Shown here in pieces: positions 55,912 to 64,000 of a stretch of 64,000 nt of DNA. Under the pieces are notes generated by a model, which was not told the origin of the DNA, did not search any database, and worked only from the letters and a program-made list of their open reading frames with translations. The DNA is from an uncultured Gemmatimonas sp. GTDB lineage: Bacteria; Gemmatimonadota; Gemmatimonadetes; Gemmatimonadales; GWC2-71-9. The position numbers and the translations under genes were made by a program. Each line of letters starts with the position of its first letter. The first letter of the stretch is position 1. The stretch lies in the NCBI GenBank assembly GCA_964619465.1, contig CAZUES010000015.1, positions 29,101-93,100 on the forward strand, read 5' to 3'.

Positions 55912-56181
55912 TCAGCCCTCGCAGCTGACCGAGCGGGGGACGACGCGGCCGCAGCCGATGATGTCATCCATCCCGCGCGCCATCGGTCCGCATGCCGCCG
56001 TCTGCGCGGTTTCGGCCGCCGCTTCCTTGGTAGGGCCGGAGGCCTTGGCGCAACGGCTGCCGCCCCGGAAGTCGACACAGACTTCACAGGTAATCTGCTG
56101 GGGCTTGAAACTGGTGTAGGCGAGGATGCCGATGAAGACCACCACGATGATGGCAAAAATCGCTGAACGACTGAGTCGCAT
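55912..56181 (-). CDS. Small membrane-anchored Cys-rich protein (89 aa)
   Basis: C-terminal part of ORF 55912..56448: MRLSRSAIFAIIVVVFIGILAYTSF, then CEVCVDFRGGSRC...AACGP...IGCG...VSCEG (7 Cys). It lies immediately upstream of yggT. Confidence 0.5.
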   Translation of the reverse strand: MRLSRSAIFAIIVVVFIGILAYTSFKPQQITCEVCVDFRGGSRCAKASGPTKEAAAETAQTAACGPMARGMDDIIGCGRVVPRSVSCEG

Positions 56182-56247
56182 GGAACTCAACTCCGCTCCC
56201 GGGAGACGTTGCTTGGCGATAGCCGGCGAAATTAACCTTGAGGGACG

Positions 56248-56613
56248 ATGCGGACACTCGTCAGCCGACTGATTTTCGTTGTGGCCCTCTTTGGGGTGCT
56301 GTCCTCGACCGCCCCCCGACCCGAGCCGCACTGCGCCCCCCAGCCCACGGCCGGGACGTCGCAGCACGATCATCACGGCCACTCGGCCAAAGATACCGAG
56401 GCCGCCGAGGAATGTCCCCACTGTCCGCCGGTGGAATGCCGGCGTCATCTGCAGTGCAGTGTATCCGCCGACCCGATTTCCGGCGAGCGGACCCTGCTTC
56501 CCGTCCCGGATCGGGGTCCGGAGCAGCAGGGCCGGGCCGCACAGATTGCCCGATCACTGTCCCCTGAACCACCAACCCCTCCACCGGACGCTCCACGTCA
56601 TTCGAACGTTTAG
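56248..56613 (+). CDS. Small secreted Cys/His-rich protein
   Basis: Signal peptide MRTLVSRLIFVVALFGVLSS. The mature part contains HCAP, QHDHHGH, ECPHCPPVEC and HLQC. A GAGGGA RBS is present, and a TTGCTT-N18-TAACCT promoter-like pair lies at 56209..56238. Confidence 0.55.
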   Translation: MRTLVSRLIFVVALFGVLSSTAPRPEPHCAPQPTAGTSQHDHHGHSAKDTEAAEECPHCPPVECRRHLQCSVSADPISGERTLLPVPDRGPEQQGRAAQIARSLSPEPPTPPPDAPRHSNV

Positions 56614-56645
56614 TCGTTTCATCGTTCCGTTGACGAGGAGTTGGC

Positions 56646-57440
56646 ATGATTTGGAAGGAATCGACCCGGCCGCTGGCCGCGGTTCTGGCGTTGGCAGCTG
56701 CGGCCTGTCCTCTTGCCGCGCAAATAGACTATCGTAACCTCGACATCGATCGCCCCGTGCGGGTGACCGATGCGTACCCGGTCGAGCGGTTCGCGTTCGA
56801 GCTTTCGCTTCCCTACGCCGCCGGGCGCGGCTCCGGTACGGCTCATCATACGGTTGCTCCCCATCTCGAGTATGGCATCCATCGGAACCTGATGATCGGG
56901 GCCGGTGTCGAGGTCGAACTGCATCGGACCGGGGGGAATGCCGGTCTCGCGGCGGCCGAGATCGGCGCGCTGTGGAACATCAGACGGGAAACCCCGTCGC
57001 TGCCAGCGATTTCGGTCGGTCTGGAGGCAGCGCAGCCGCTTCGCGGGGCTGGCTTCGGCAGCGATGTCGCTGTCACGCTGACGGCGCTGGCTACCCGGTC
57101 GATCGGCCGGTCTCGGCTCCACCTGAACGGGGTGGTCGGGCTGCTGGTGCCGGAGGCTTCGCACCTCGGCACGCCCTGGTGGGCCGGAGTGGCCTGGGAT
57201 CGGACGCTGATTCGGAGCAGTACTCTGATCGTTGCCGAAGTCGTGGTCAATCGGGATGCCGGTGCGTTGCCGGTCAACTGGAGCGTCGGTGCGGGGTTGC
57301 GGCGTCAGCTGACGCCGACCGTGGTGGGCGCCATCGGGGTCGCCCAGGCGCTGGATGATATCGATGCCGGCACCGCGATCACGGTTTCGTTGAGCCATGC
57401 GTTTGCGGTGCGAGCCCTGATGCCGCGAGGTGTCCGATGA
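56646..57440 (+). CDS. Outer-membrane beta-barrel protein (MetA-pathway/transporter-like family)
   Basis: Signal peptide AVLALAAAACPLAAQ. The sequence has an alternating beta-strand pattern (RFAFELSLPY, LMIGAGVEVEL, AITVSLSHAF). Confidence 0.6.
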   Translation: MIWKESTRPLAAVLALAAAACPLAAQIDYRNLDIDRPVRVTDAYPVERFAFELSLPYAAGRGSGTAHHTVAPHLEYGIHRNLMIGAGVEVELHRTGGNAGLAAAEIGALWNIRRETPSLPAISVGLEAAQPLRGAGFGSDVAVTLTALATRSIGRSRLHLNGVVGLLVPEASHLGTPWWAGVAWDRTLIRSSTLIVAEVVVNRDAGALPVNWSVGAGLRRQLTPTVVGAIGVAQALDDIDAGTAITVSLSHAFAVRALMPRGVR

Positions 57441-58444
57441 GAGCGTTCATTGCCATCCTGCTCGCGGCGGTGACGCCGGGCTTGTTGTCCGCGCAAGGCG
57501 GCCGGAACGAGGAATTCTACTATCCGGGGGCGTTCAACTGGCAGTTCCTGCGGAACTACCAGGAGGCGGCCCGGCTCTTCAATGCGTTCGACTACGGCCA
57601 CGCGATTCTCTACGAGCGGCTGCTGGTCGACCCGGCCGGAGCGGTCGATCGGCTCGAAGGGGAGGAGTTCCGCTATCTGGTCGACGATCTCTTGCGACGT
57701 CCGCCCCGGTTCGCGGTTGCCGAGGAAGCGGTCATGCCACGCTACAGCCGGATGGTGTGGCGGGCCAAGCTGATGTTCGAGCGCGCCCACGTGCTCCACC
57801 GTCAGATCTACGATGTCTATGCCGATGAGCGCCTGACGACGGATCGGCAAACCGAACTGGTCGAAGCGTTGACCGATCACTATCTCAACGACCGGGGGTA
57901 TGTCTTCACCGATCGGCCCAAGGCGATGGCGCTGATGGACGAGCAGTACTTCAGCAAGGTCTTCCGGACCGGGTTTCCCAAGTTCAACGGGCTGATCTGG
58001 GCCTACCACTGGCTCCAGGTCGGCCTCTACGAGCCGTTGATTACCGAACAGGATGCGGCGGCCAAGCAAGCCGGCGTGAAGGAAACGCTGGCGCGATTCT
58101 GGGCCATGGTGGATGGGGCGCCAGGCGCGTTGCCTTCGGTCATGCCGATGGGATCGGCGGTGGCCCCGCACTTCAGTGCGCGGCATCCGCGTGCCGCGAT
58201 CATCTTCGACAACCTGCACATGATGCACGACATCATCTCGGATGTGCTGGCTTCACCCAAGGTAGCGCATGCGGACAAGGCGGCCGTGATCGAGGCGGCG
58301 CTCGACGAGTTTCAGAATCCGGCTACCAACGTGATCGACCTCGAGCACTGGCGGATGATGGCGGATCACATGGGAGGCGTCGACAAGATGGGTGGAGTGG
58401 CCGGCCGGCCGGGCGCGCAGCCGCCTGCGCATCGCCACCACTGA
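57437..58444 (+). CDS. Secreted helical protein of unknown function
   Basis: 335 aa with the signal peptide MRAFIAILLAAVTPGLLSAQ. The ATG overlaps the upstream stop (ATGA). Several conserved-looking His residues are present (FDYGHAILYE, AHVLHRQIY, WAYHWL, NLHMMHDI). Confidence 0.65.
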   Translation: MRAFIAILLAAVTPGLLSAQGGRNEEFYYPGAFNWQFLRNYQEAARLFNAFDYGHAILYERLLVDPAGAVDRLEGEEFRYLVDDLLRRPPRFAVAEEAVMPRYSRMVWRAKLMFERAHVLHRQIYDVYADERLTTDRQTELVEALTDHYLNDRGYVFTDRPKAMALMDEQYFSKVFRTGFPKFNGLIWAYHWLQVGLYEPLITEQDAAAKQAGVKETLARFWAMVDGAPGALPSVMPMGSAVAPHFSARHPRAAIIFDNLHMMHDIISDVLASPKVAHADKAAVIEAALDEFQNPATNVIDLEHWRMMADHMGGVDKMGGVAGRPGAQPPAHRHH

Positions 58445-58456
58445 TCCGAATACAAG

Positions 58457-58492
58457 AAACCGGCGGCTCCGGGATCCCGGAGCCGCCGGTTT
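58457..58492. terminator. Bidirectional rho-independent terminator
   Basis: AAACCGGCGGCTCCGG-GATC-CCGGAGCCGCCGGTTT forms a 16-bp perfect stem with A/T tails. It lies between the convergent genes ending at 58444 (+) and 58508 (-). Confidence 0.85.
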
Positions 58493-58507
58493 GCCTTCCT
58501 TACCGCC

Positions 58508-58882
58508 TCAGTTTCCCGCGATGCCGGGAGTAGCTTCGGGGGCAATGCCGTCGTCGATTGGGAGGATGCCCGCCCGCCAGCCGCTTTCGAAGATCACCGT
58601 GAGGCGATAGCCCAGGGTATCGACTTCGACGTTGCGGACGCCGGGAAGGGTTCGGGCGTACTCCGCGGCTTTCGTCGTCTGCACGGCTCGGGCCTCGTGG
58701 GATTGTCCTCCGCTCCACTGTGCCAGGGCTCGGCCGATGGCAACGGCGCGCGCCTGCTCGGTGCCGTACCGGGCAAACTGCTCGGCCGGGATCAGGCCGG
58801 CCTGATCCGAGACCTTGGATTCGAGATTATAGAGGCGGCAGCCTCCGGTCAGGGCCAGGATGGCCAGCAGCATTCCACGCAT
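58508..58882 (-). CDS. Small lipoprotein of unknown function
   Basis: ORF 58508..59038, trimmed to MRGMLLAILALTGGC (lipobox); 124 aa. Confidence 0.55.
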   Translation of the reverse strand: MRGMLLAILALTGGCRLYNLESKVSDQAGLIPAEQFARYGTEQARAVAIGRALAQWSGGQSHEARAVQTTKAAEYARTLPGVRNVEVDTLGYRLTVIFESGWRAGILPIDDGIAPEATPGIAGN

Positions 58883-59009
58883 CGATCTACAGCCTTGAAA
58901 AGGGGTCGATACTCTTGCCGGAATATATAGTGAGGGATGGGAGAAGAGGCTAGATTCCGGTGTTGTCTCCAGAATGGTCTGTTTAGTCTCCCACCTCGAG
59001 TCATCGGCC

Positions 59010-60632
59010 ATGTCCAATACCATACCGACCCCGATCAACGAACCTATCCTGAATTATGCGCCCGGTAGCCCGGAGCGCGCCGCCGTCAAAGCGGCTTTGA
59101 AGGAAATCGGCGGCGAGGTCGCCGACATCCCGTTGATCATCGGCGGGAAAGAGATTCGCACTGGAACCACGGTGCCCGTCGTGGCGCCGCACCGGCACGC
59201 CCATGTGCTTGGCCACGTTCACCAGGCGGGACCACGGGAGGTTTCCCAGGCCATCCAGGCCTCGGAGCGCGCCTATCGGGACTGGTCGACCTGGTCACTC
59301 GAGGATCGTGCGGCCGTCTTTCTCAGGGCCGCCGACCTGCTGGCCGGTCCCTGGCGCCAGGTCCTCAACGCATCGACCATGCTCGGCCAGAGTAAGACCA
59401 TTTTTCAGGCCGAGATCGACAGCGCCTGTGAACTGATCGATTTCTGGCGCTTCAATGTCGCTTTCGCGGCGGACCTCCACGCGCAGCAGCCGCTCTCGGT
59501 GCCGGGCATGTGGAACCGGATGGAGTATCGGCCGCTCGAGGGATTCGTCTACGCCATCTCCCCCTTCAACTTCACGGCCATCGGCGGCAATCTGGCCGGC
59601 GCTCCCGCGCTGCTCGGCAATACCGTGGTCTGGAAGCCGGCGGCGACGGCTGCGTTGAGCGGCTACTACATCATGAAGCTGCTGGAAGCGGCCGGTCTGC
59701 CGCCTGGTGTGATCAACTTCGTGCCCGGAAATGCGGCTGCCGTCTCCGATCGGGTGCTGTCGGATCGACGATTGGCGGGCATCCATTTCACGGGCTCGAC
59801 CTCGGTGTTTCAGTCGCTCTGGCGCACAGTTGGTGAGCGGATCGGCGAGTACGCCACCTATCCACGCCTGGTGGGCGAAACGGGGGGTAAGGATTTCGTG
59901 CTGGCGCATCCGAGTGCCGACCCGGCCGCGCTTGCCGTCGGACTGGTCCGCGGCGCCTTCGAGTATCAGGGTCAAAAGTGCAGCGCCGCATCGCGCGCCT
60001 ACATTCCGCAGAGCTTGTGGCCGGAAGTGCGCGATCGTGCGGTGGCCATGATCGGCGAACTCAAGATGGGCGACGTGGCCGATTTCCGGAACTTCCTGGG
60101 AGCGGTGATCGATGCCCGGGCCTTCGGCAAGCTCAAAGGCTACCTCGAGCAAGCCGGGAAGGATCGCGGTGTGACGGTGCTGGCCGGCGGCGGTGCCGAC
60201 GACACCAAGGGATACTTCATCGAGCCGACGCTGCTCCAGGTCAAGAACCCCAGCTACCGGACCATGTGCGAAGAGCTCTTCGGGCCGGTCCTCACGGCCT
60301 ACGTCTACAAAGACGACGAGTGGAAGAGCACGCTCAAACTGGTCGATTCGACCAGTCCCTACGCCTTGACCGGCGCGGTCTTCGCGCGGGATCGCTCGGC
60401 CATCGCGGATGCGCACCGAGCCTTGCGTCACGCGGCGGGCAATTTCTACATCAATGACAAGCCGACCGGCGCGGTGGTCGGGCAGCAGCCCTTTGGCGGC
60501 GCCCGGGCCAGCGGCACCAACGACAAGGCCGGCTCGTTCCTGAACCTGATTCGGTGGCTCTCGCCGCGCACCATCAAGGAAACCATGGTACCGCCGACCG
60601 ACTACCGCTATCCGTTCATGGCAGGCCAGTAG
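59010..60632 (+). CDS. pruA: L-glutamate gamma-semialdehyde (1-pyrroline-5-carboxylate) dehydrogenase
   Basis: ORF 58974..60632, trimmed to MSNTIPTPINEPILNYAPGSPER, the typical P5CDH N-terminus. ALDH motifs are FNFTAIGGNL, ETGGKDF and EYQGQKCSAASR (catalytic Cys). Confidence 0.9.
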   Translation: MSNTIPTPINEPILNYAPGSPERAAVKAALKEIGGEVADIPLIIGGKEIRTGTTVPVVAPHRHAHVLGHVHQAGPREVSQAIQASERAYRDWSTWSLEDRAAVFLRAADLLAGPWRQVLNASTMLGQSKTIFQAEIDSACELIDFWRFNVAFAADLHAQQPLSVPGMWNRMEYRPLEGFVYAISPFNFTAIGGNLAGAPALLGNTVVWKPAATAALSGYYIMKLLEAAGLPPGVINFVPGNAAAVSDRVLSDRRLAGIHFTGSTSVFQSLWRTVGERIGEYATYPRLVGETGGKDFVLAHPSADPAALAVGLVRGAFEYQGQKCSAASRAYIPQSLWPEVRDRAVAMIGELKMGDVADFRNFLGAVIDARAFGKLKGYLEQAGKDRGVTVLAGGGADDTKGYFIEPTLLQVKNPSYRTMCEELFGPVLTAYVYKDDEWKSTLKLVDSTSPYALTGAVFARDRSAIADAHRALRHAAGNFYINDKPTGAVVGQQPFGGARASGTNDKAGSFLNLIRWLSPRTIKETMVPPTDYRYPFMAGQ

Positions 60633-60648
60633 CGTTCCTGCCTCGGCC

Positions 60649-61452
60649 ATGTTCCGCGCCCCGTTCCTGCTCTCCGTCGCGCTTGCCGCGGCGGCGGTCT
60701 CCGCGCTCTCTGCGCAGGAACGGGGCGCGGCGCGTTATCTGGCCGAGCACCTGGGTTGTGCCGCGTTCAAGGAGAGCGTCCGTACGGTGCTGCGCGGCGA
60801 GTCCGGCACGGCCGCGGTTCGCAACGGGGCCGGCCGCGAGGGCGTTCTGCTCGTTACCGTCCGCGATTCGGTCGGAACCCTGGTGCTCGACGCGTGGTAC
60901 GATTCGCTGGAGGTGTGGCGGGATACCGACGCCGGACGAGAGGTGCCCGATCTCGACGGGTTCCTGGGCGGACGCTATCGCGGCCTGCTGACGCCGGAGG
61001 GCAGCTACCAGCCCACCCGGTTTCCGTTCGTGCCGGGCGAAGTGGCCGAAATTGCGGACCTGGCGCCGGTGCTCGAGGACTTTCTGCCCCGTCTGCCGGG
61101 CAAGGAACTCGCCGTTGGAGCTGCATGGAGCGACTCCGGTTTTACCATCCGCCGCGATCGCGACCATCGCGCCGGCGGCGACACCAGGCATCGCTACGCC
61201 TGGACCGCCACCAGCCGGCACGGCGACCGTTATCCTGCCGCCGACTCGCTCGAGGTCACCATCGATCAGCTGGTTCGCGAAGAGGGGCACCTGCTCTGGT
61301 CGCCCCGCTTCGGTCCGTTGACCTGGTCACGGACCATTTTCATTACCGCTCGGATTCCCGCGACGGGAGGCGTCAAGCGCTCGCTGCGCTCGACCATCGA
61401 GCAGCGGATCGATGTGGTCCGTCTGTTCGATCCGCCTCCCTCCTGTCGCTGA
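60649..61452 (+). CDS. Secreted hypothetical protein
   Basis: 267 aa with the signal peptide MFRAPFLLSVALAAAAVSALSAQ and good GC3. I recognised no motif. Confidence 0.6.
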   Translation: MFRAPFLLSVALAAAAVSALSAQERGAARYLAEHLGCAAFKESVRTVLRGESGTAAVRNGAGREGVLLVTVRDSVGTLVLDAWYDSLEVWRDTDAGREVPDLDGFLGGRYRGLLTPEGSYQPTRFPFVPGEVAEIADLAPVLEDFLPRLPGKELAVGAAWSDSGFTIRRDRDHRAGGDTRHRYAWTATSRHGDRYPAADSLEVTIDQLVREEGHLLWSPRFGPLTWSRTIFITARIPATGGVKRSLRSTIEQRIDVVRLFDPPPSCR

Positions 61453-61473
61453 TCGCCAAAGAAAGATTCAAGC

Positions 61474-62409
61474 ATGTCCATCGTTCGTGCTGCCGTCGTT
61501 CAGGAGGCGCCTCAGGCGTTCGAGTTGGGCCCCACGCTCGATCGATTCCAGGCGCGCGTCGCGGAAGCGGCCGGCCAGGGAGCGCAGCTGGTCGTCTTTC
61601 CCGAGGCCTTCATCGGAGGCTATCCGAAAGGCGTCGATTTCGGGGCGCGGGTCGGGATGCGCTCGGATGCGGGACGCGACCTGTTCAGCCGTTACTGGGA
61701 CGCCGCCATCGACGTGCCCGGGCCGGTCACCGAGATCCTGGCCAGTGCGGCAGGTGAGCATGGCGTGGTGCTGGTGGTCGGCGTCATCGAACGCGATGGC
61801 GGCACGCTCTACTGTACCGCCCTCTACTTCTCGGCCGAAGGGGTCATGCTCGGCAAGCACCGGAAGCTGATGCCGACGGCCATGGAGCGGATCATCTGGG
61901 GCTTTGGCGACGGCTCGACCCTCGAAGTACTCGATACCAGTCTCGGCAAGCTGGGGGCGGTGATCTGCTGGGAGAACTACATGCCCCTGCTGCGGACCGC
62001 CATGTACGCGCAAGGGATCCAACTCTACTGCGCACCAACCGTTGACGATCGCGAAATCTGGGCCGCCAGCATGCGCCACATCGCGCGCGAAGGCCGGTGC
62101 TTCGTGCTGTCGGCCTGCCAGCATGCCCGCCGGCGCGATTACCCGATCGACTATGCCCCGATTCAGGGCGACGATCCCGAGCTGCGCCTGATTCGCGGCG
62201 GCAGCCTGATCGTCGACCCGATGGGGACGGTGCTGGCCGGCCCGGTCTACGACGAGTCGGCCGTGCTGGTGGCGGATCTCGATCTGAGTCTGATCCCCAA
62301 GGGGAAGTACGACTTCGACCCGGTAGGCCACTATGCCCGCCCCGACATTTTTTCGCTGACGGTCGAGACCGGTCCGCAGACCCCGGTGCGCTTCTCCACC
62401 GGCGACTGA
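61474..62409 (+). CDS. Nitrilase / carbon-nitrogen hydrolase family enzyme
   Basis: The Glu-Lys-Cys triad contexts are VVFPEAF, HRKLMPT and VICWENYMPL. Confidence 0.88.
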   Translation: MSIVRAAVVQEAPQAFELGPTLDRFQARVAEAAGQGAQLVVFPEAFIGGYPKGVDFGARVGMRSDAGRDLFSRYWDAAIDVPGPVTEILASAAGEHGVVLVVGVIERDGGTLYCTALYFSAEGVMLGKHRKLMPTAMERIIWGFGDGSTLEVLDTSLGKLGAVICWENYMPLLRTAMYAQGIQLYCAPTVDDREIWAASMRHIAREGRCFVLSACQHARRRDYPIDYAPIQGDDPELRLIRGGSLIVDPMGTVLAGPVYDESAVLVADLDLSLIPKGKYDFDPVGHYARPDIFSLTVETGPQTPVRFSTGD

Positions 62410-62491
62410 GATCGTCGAGGGTCCGGGCGGCCTTGTGCCCATCGGAAGGCTGCCCATATGTTTCCGTAACCTCAGCCGGGGATTCCACCGG

Positions 62492-63613
62492 ATGTCGGAT
62501 GGGTTCCGCAGCTCTGACGAGTACGACGAACAAGCCCACCAGCTGTACAACCAAGGCCGCTACGACGACGCGCTTGCCATCCTGAAGGACGGGCTCGCGG
62601 TGTATCCGTCCGCCGTCGAGTTGTACGTCGGTGCGGGCTATGCCTACCTCGCCCGCGAAGAGTACGCCTGGTCGCGCAATGCCTTTGCCCAGGCGCTCGT
62701 GCTGGAGCCTGATCACGAGGATGCCCTGGCCGGTTTCGGCGAGGTGCAACTCCGCATCGGTGACGGCGTCGCTGCGCGCCGGGCATTCGACCGGGTCCTG
62801 GAACTCGGTTTTTCCGAAGATCACGATCTGATGCTGCAGATCGGCCGGGCCCTGTTTCGCGACGGAGAACTGGCTCAGGCCCACCGTTTCTTCGAACTCG
62901 CGGCCAGCGCCAACACCGATTGTGAAGAGGCGGCCGCGTGCCTGGGTTATGTCTCGCATCGGCTGGGCCGCGAGGGCGCTGCCATTTTCTGGTTGCGCCG
63001 GGCGCTTGCCATCGATCCGACCTTTGCCGAGCCGCGGGTCTATCTTGCCAACCTGCTGTACGACCGGGGCGAAACCGCAGCCGCGCTGATCCATTTCGAG
63101 CGAACCGATCCCGAAGAACACTTCGACGAACTGGGTCTGTTCCGCACCATCGAGTTGAAACGGACCTTCTTCCGGCTCGCGGAAGACGATGCGGCGCTCG
63201 AGCCGTGGTTCCAGCGGGTCTCGGATCTGCTGGGTGACCCCGATCCGGTGGACGAACTCCTCGCCGAGATCGAAGGGATCCAGAGTGACGGGAGCATGCG
63301 CGACCCGACCCAGCTCGAACTCTTCGGGACCATGCTGGTCGAGTTGCAGCAGATGCAGCGGCGTCCCGGTCAGCGAAGCGATCAGCATCAGATCGTCACG
63401 CTGGCCGGCCACGCCCTGCGCGGCACCTGGGACGAGATTGTGCTCCAGCTCAAAGCCTCCGACCGGACGGCGGCCGAACAGTCGGTGGCCGAGTTCATGG
63501 CGGGACAGGCGCGGCGCGGCAAGCAGGAAACCGGCGTCGTGATCCCGGTCAGCAGCGCCGAAGCGTTCGTTCGTGGCGCGGCCGAAGCAGGAGTTCTGCG
63601 CATCGTCCATTGA
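62492..63613 (+). CDS. TPR-repeat protein
   Basis: ORF 62435..63613, trimmed to MSDGFRSSDEYDEQAHQLYNQGRYDDALAILKDGL. There are several 34-aa TPR-like repeats (AYLAREEYAWSRNAFAQALVLEPDHEDA...). Confidence 0.7.
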   Translation: MSDGFRSSDEYDEQAHQLYNQGRYDDALAILKDGLAVYPSAVELYVGAGYAYLAREEYAWSRNAFAQALVLEPDHEDALAGFGEVQLRIGDGVAARRAFDRVLELGFSEDHDLMLQIGRALFRDGELAQAHRFFELAASANTDCEEAAACLGYVSHRLGREGAAIFWLRRALAIDPTFAEPRVYLANLLYDRGETAAALIHFERTDPEEHFDELGLFRTIELKRTFFRLAEDDAALEPWFQRVSDLLGDPDPVDELLAEIEGIQSDGSMRDPTQLELFGTMLVELQQMQRRPGQRSDQHQIVTLAGHALRGTWDEIVLQLKASDRTAAEQSVAEFMAGQARRGKQETGVVIPVSSAEAFVRGAAEAGVLRIVH

Positions 63614-63671
63614 TCCAGGGGGCGTGCCACGCGGTCGCGCCGCTCCCCTGTGAGGTCGTTATGTTCCCCGG

Positions 63672-64000
63672 GTGACCCAGACCGCACCACCCACCACGAC
63701 TACGGCAGCCGGTTTGTGGACCGATGGCGTGGTTCGCCATACGCTGCCGAGCGGCCTGACCGTGCTGGCCCAGCACGATCCCGATACGGCCGCCGTTGCC
63801 GTCGTGATCCAGGTCAAGGCCGGTTTTTTCGACGAGCCTGATCACTGGCAGGGCATCAGTCATGTGCTCGAGCACATGTTCTTCAAGGGCACTCCCACCC
63901 GTGGTGTCGGACAGATCGCAGCTGAAACCAAGGGACTGGGGGGCTATCTCAACGCCTATACCAGCTACGAGGCCACCACCTACTACGTCGTGCTCCCCGC
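63672..64000 (+). CDS. M16-family (pitrilysin/insulinase-like) zinc peptidase, N-terminal part (runs off the right edge)
   Basis: My own translation from the GTG at 63672 gives ...LPSGLTVLAQHDPDTAAVAVVIQVKAGFFDEPDHWQGISHVLEHMFFKGTPTRG..., which carries the inverted zincin motif HxxEH. It is not in the ORF track because it has no in-window stop. Confidence 0.85.
   Translation, partial: MTQTAPPTTTTAAGLWTDGVVRHTLPSGLTVLAQHDPDTAAVAVVIQVKAGFFDEPDHWQGISHVLEHMFFKGTPTRGVGQIAAETKGLGGYLNAYTSYEATTYYVVLP

Noticed and set aside
63650-63841. Listed 63-aa ORF at the right end.
   Set aside because: It is out of frame with the clear M16 peptidase reading frame (HVLEHMFFKG), which starts at GTG 63672 and runs off the window.

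Overview
64-kb chromosomal segment from a high-GC Gram-negative bacterium. Spot counts of single 60-nt lines give about 65-70% GC in core genes. The gene content (a SusC/SusD pair, many lipobox proteins, an ECF sigma/Ser-Thr kinase pair, CarboxypepD_reg fusions) suggests a Gemmatimonadota/Acidobacteriota-like lineage; this is inference only. I support about 55 protein genes. I found no rRNA, tRNA, CRISPR array, transposase or integrase. Many long listed ORFs are Arg/Pro/Gly-rich shadow frames opposite real genes, and several real genes carry spurious N-terminal extensions that I trimmed using the ORF-track arithmetic. Core blocks: (a) a copZ-like gene, DoxX and sdhCAB at 0.7-5.4 kb. (b) A small protein, NDH-2, queG and a VOC protein at 14.5-17.4 kb. 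(c) A long minus-strand run at 26-40.5 kb: acyl-CoA dehydrogenase, PBP4, amidohydrolase, AraC, S41 peptidase, APC permease, a divergent SHMT-like enzyme and SusC/SusD. (d) The methionine-cycle genes metH and a YitJ-like homocysteine-methyltransferase/MTHFR fusion at 45-52.7 kb. (e) Prolyl oligopeptidase, YggT/YggU, P5C dehydrogenase, a nitrilase and an M16 peptidase fragment. Most interesting observations: (1) Two copies of a roughly 100-nt conserved leader lie upstream of metH and the YitJ-like gene. Each has a pseudoknot-capable hairpin, mutually exclusive antiterminator/terminator helices and a U-tract, so I read it as a SAM-II-like or new methionine-cycle riboswitch. (2) A lower-GC islet (about 5.6-14.5 kb) encodes a membrane-spanning SARP-STAND ATPase-TolB/Big_2/LamG protein. 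It is transcribed divergently from a three-gene operon: an orphan lipoprotein, a Zn-ribbon RDD protein and a CarboxypepD_reg/lipase/vWA lipoprotein. The islet is bounded by an 18-bp tandem repeat and a possible decayed PIN-toxin fragment. (3) An ECF sigma is translationally coupled to a transmembrane Ser/Thr kinase. (4) A 1085-aa surface protein has a roughly 400-aa C-terminal domain I cannot recognise. (5) A Cys/His-rich protein, an OM barrel and an unknown protein form an operon. All domain calls rest on motifs read by eye, and no searches were run.
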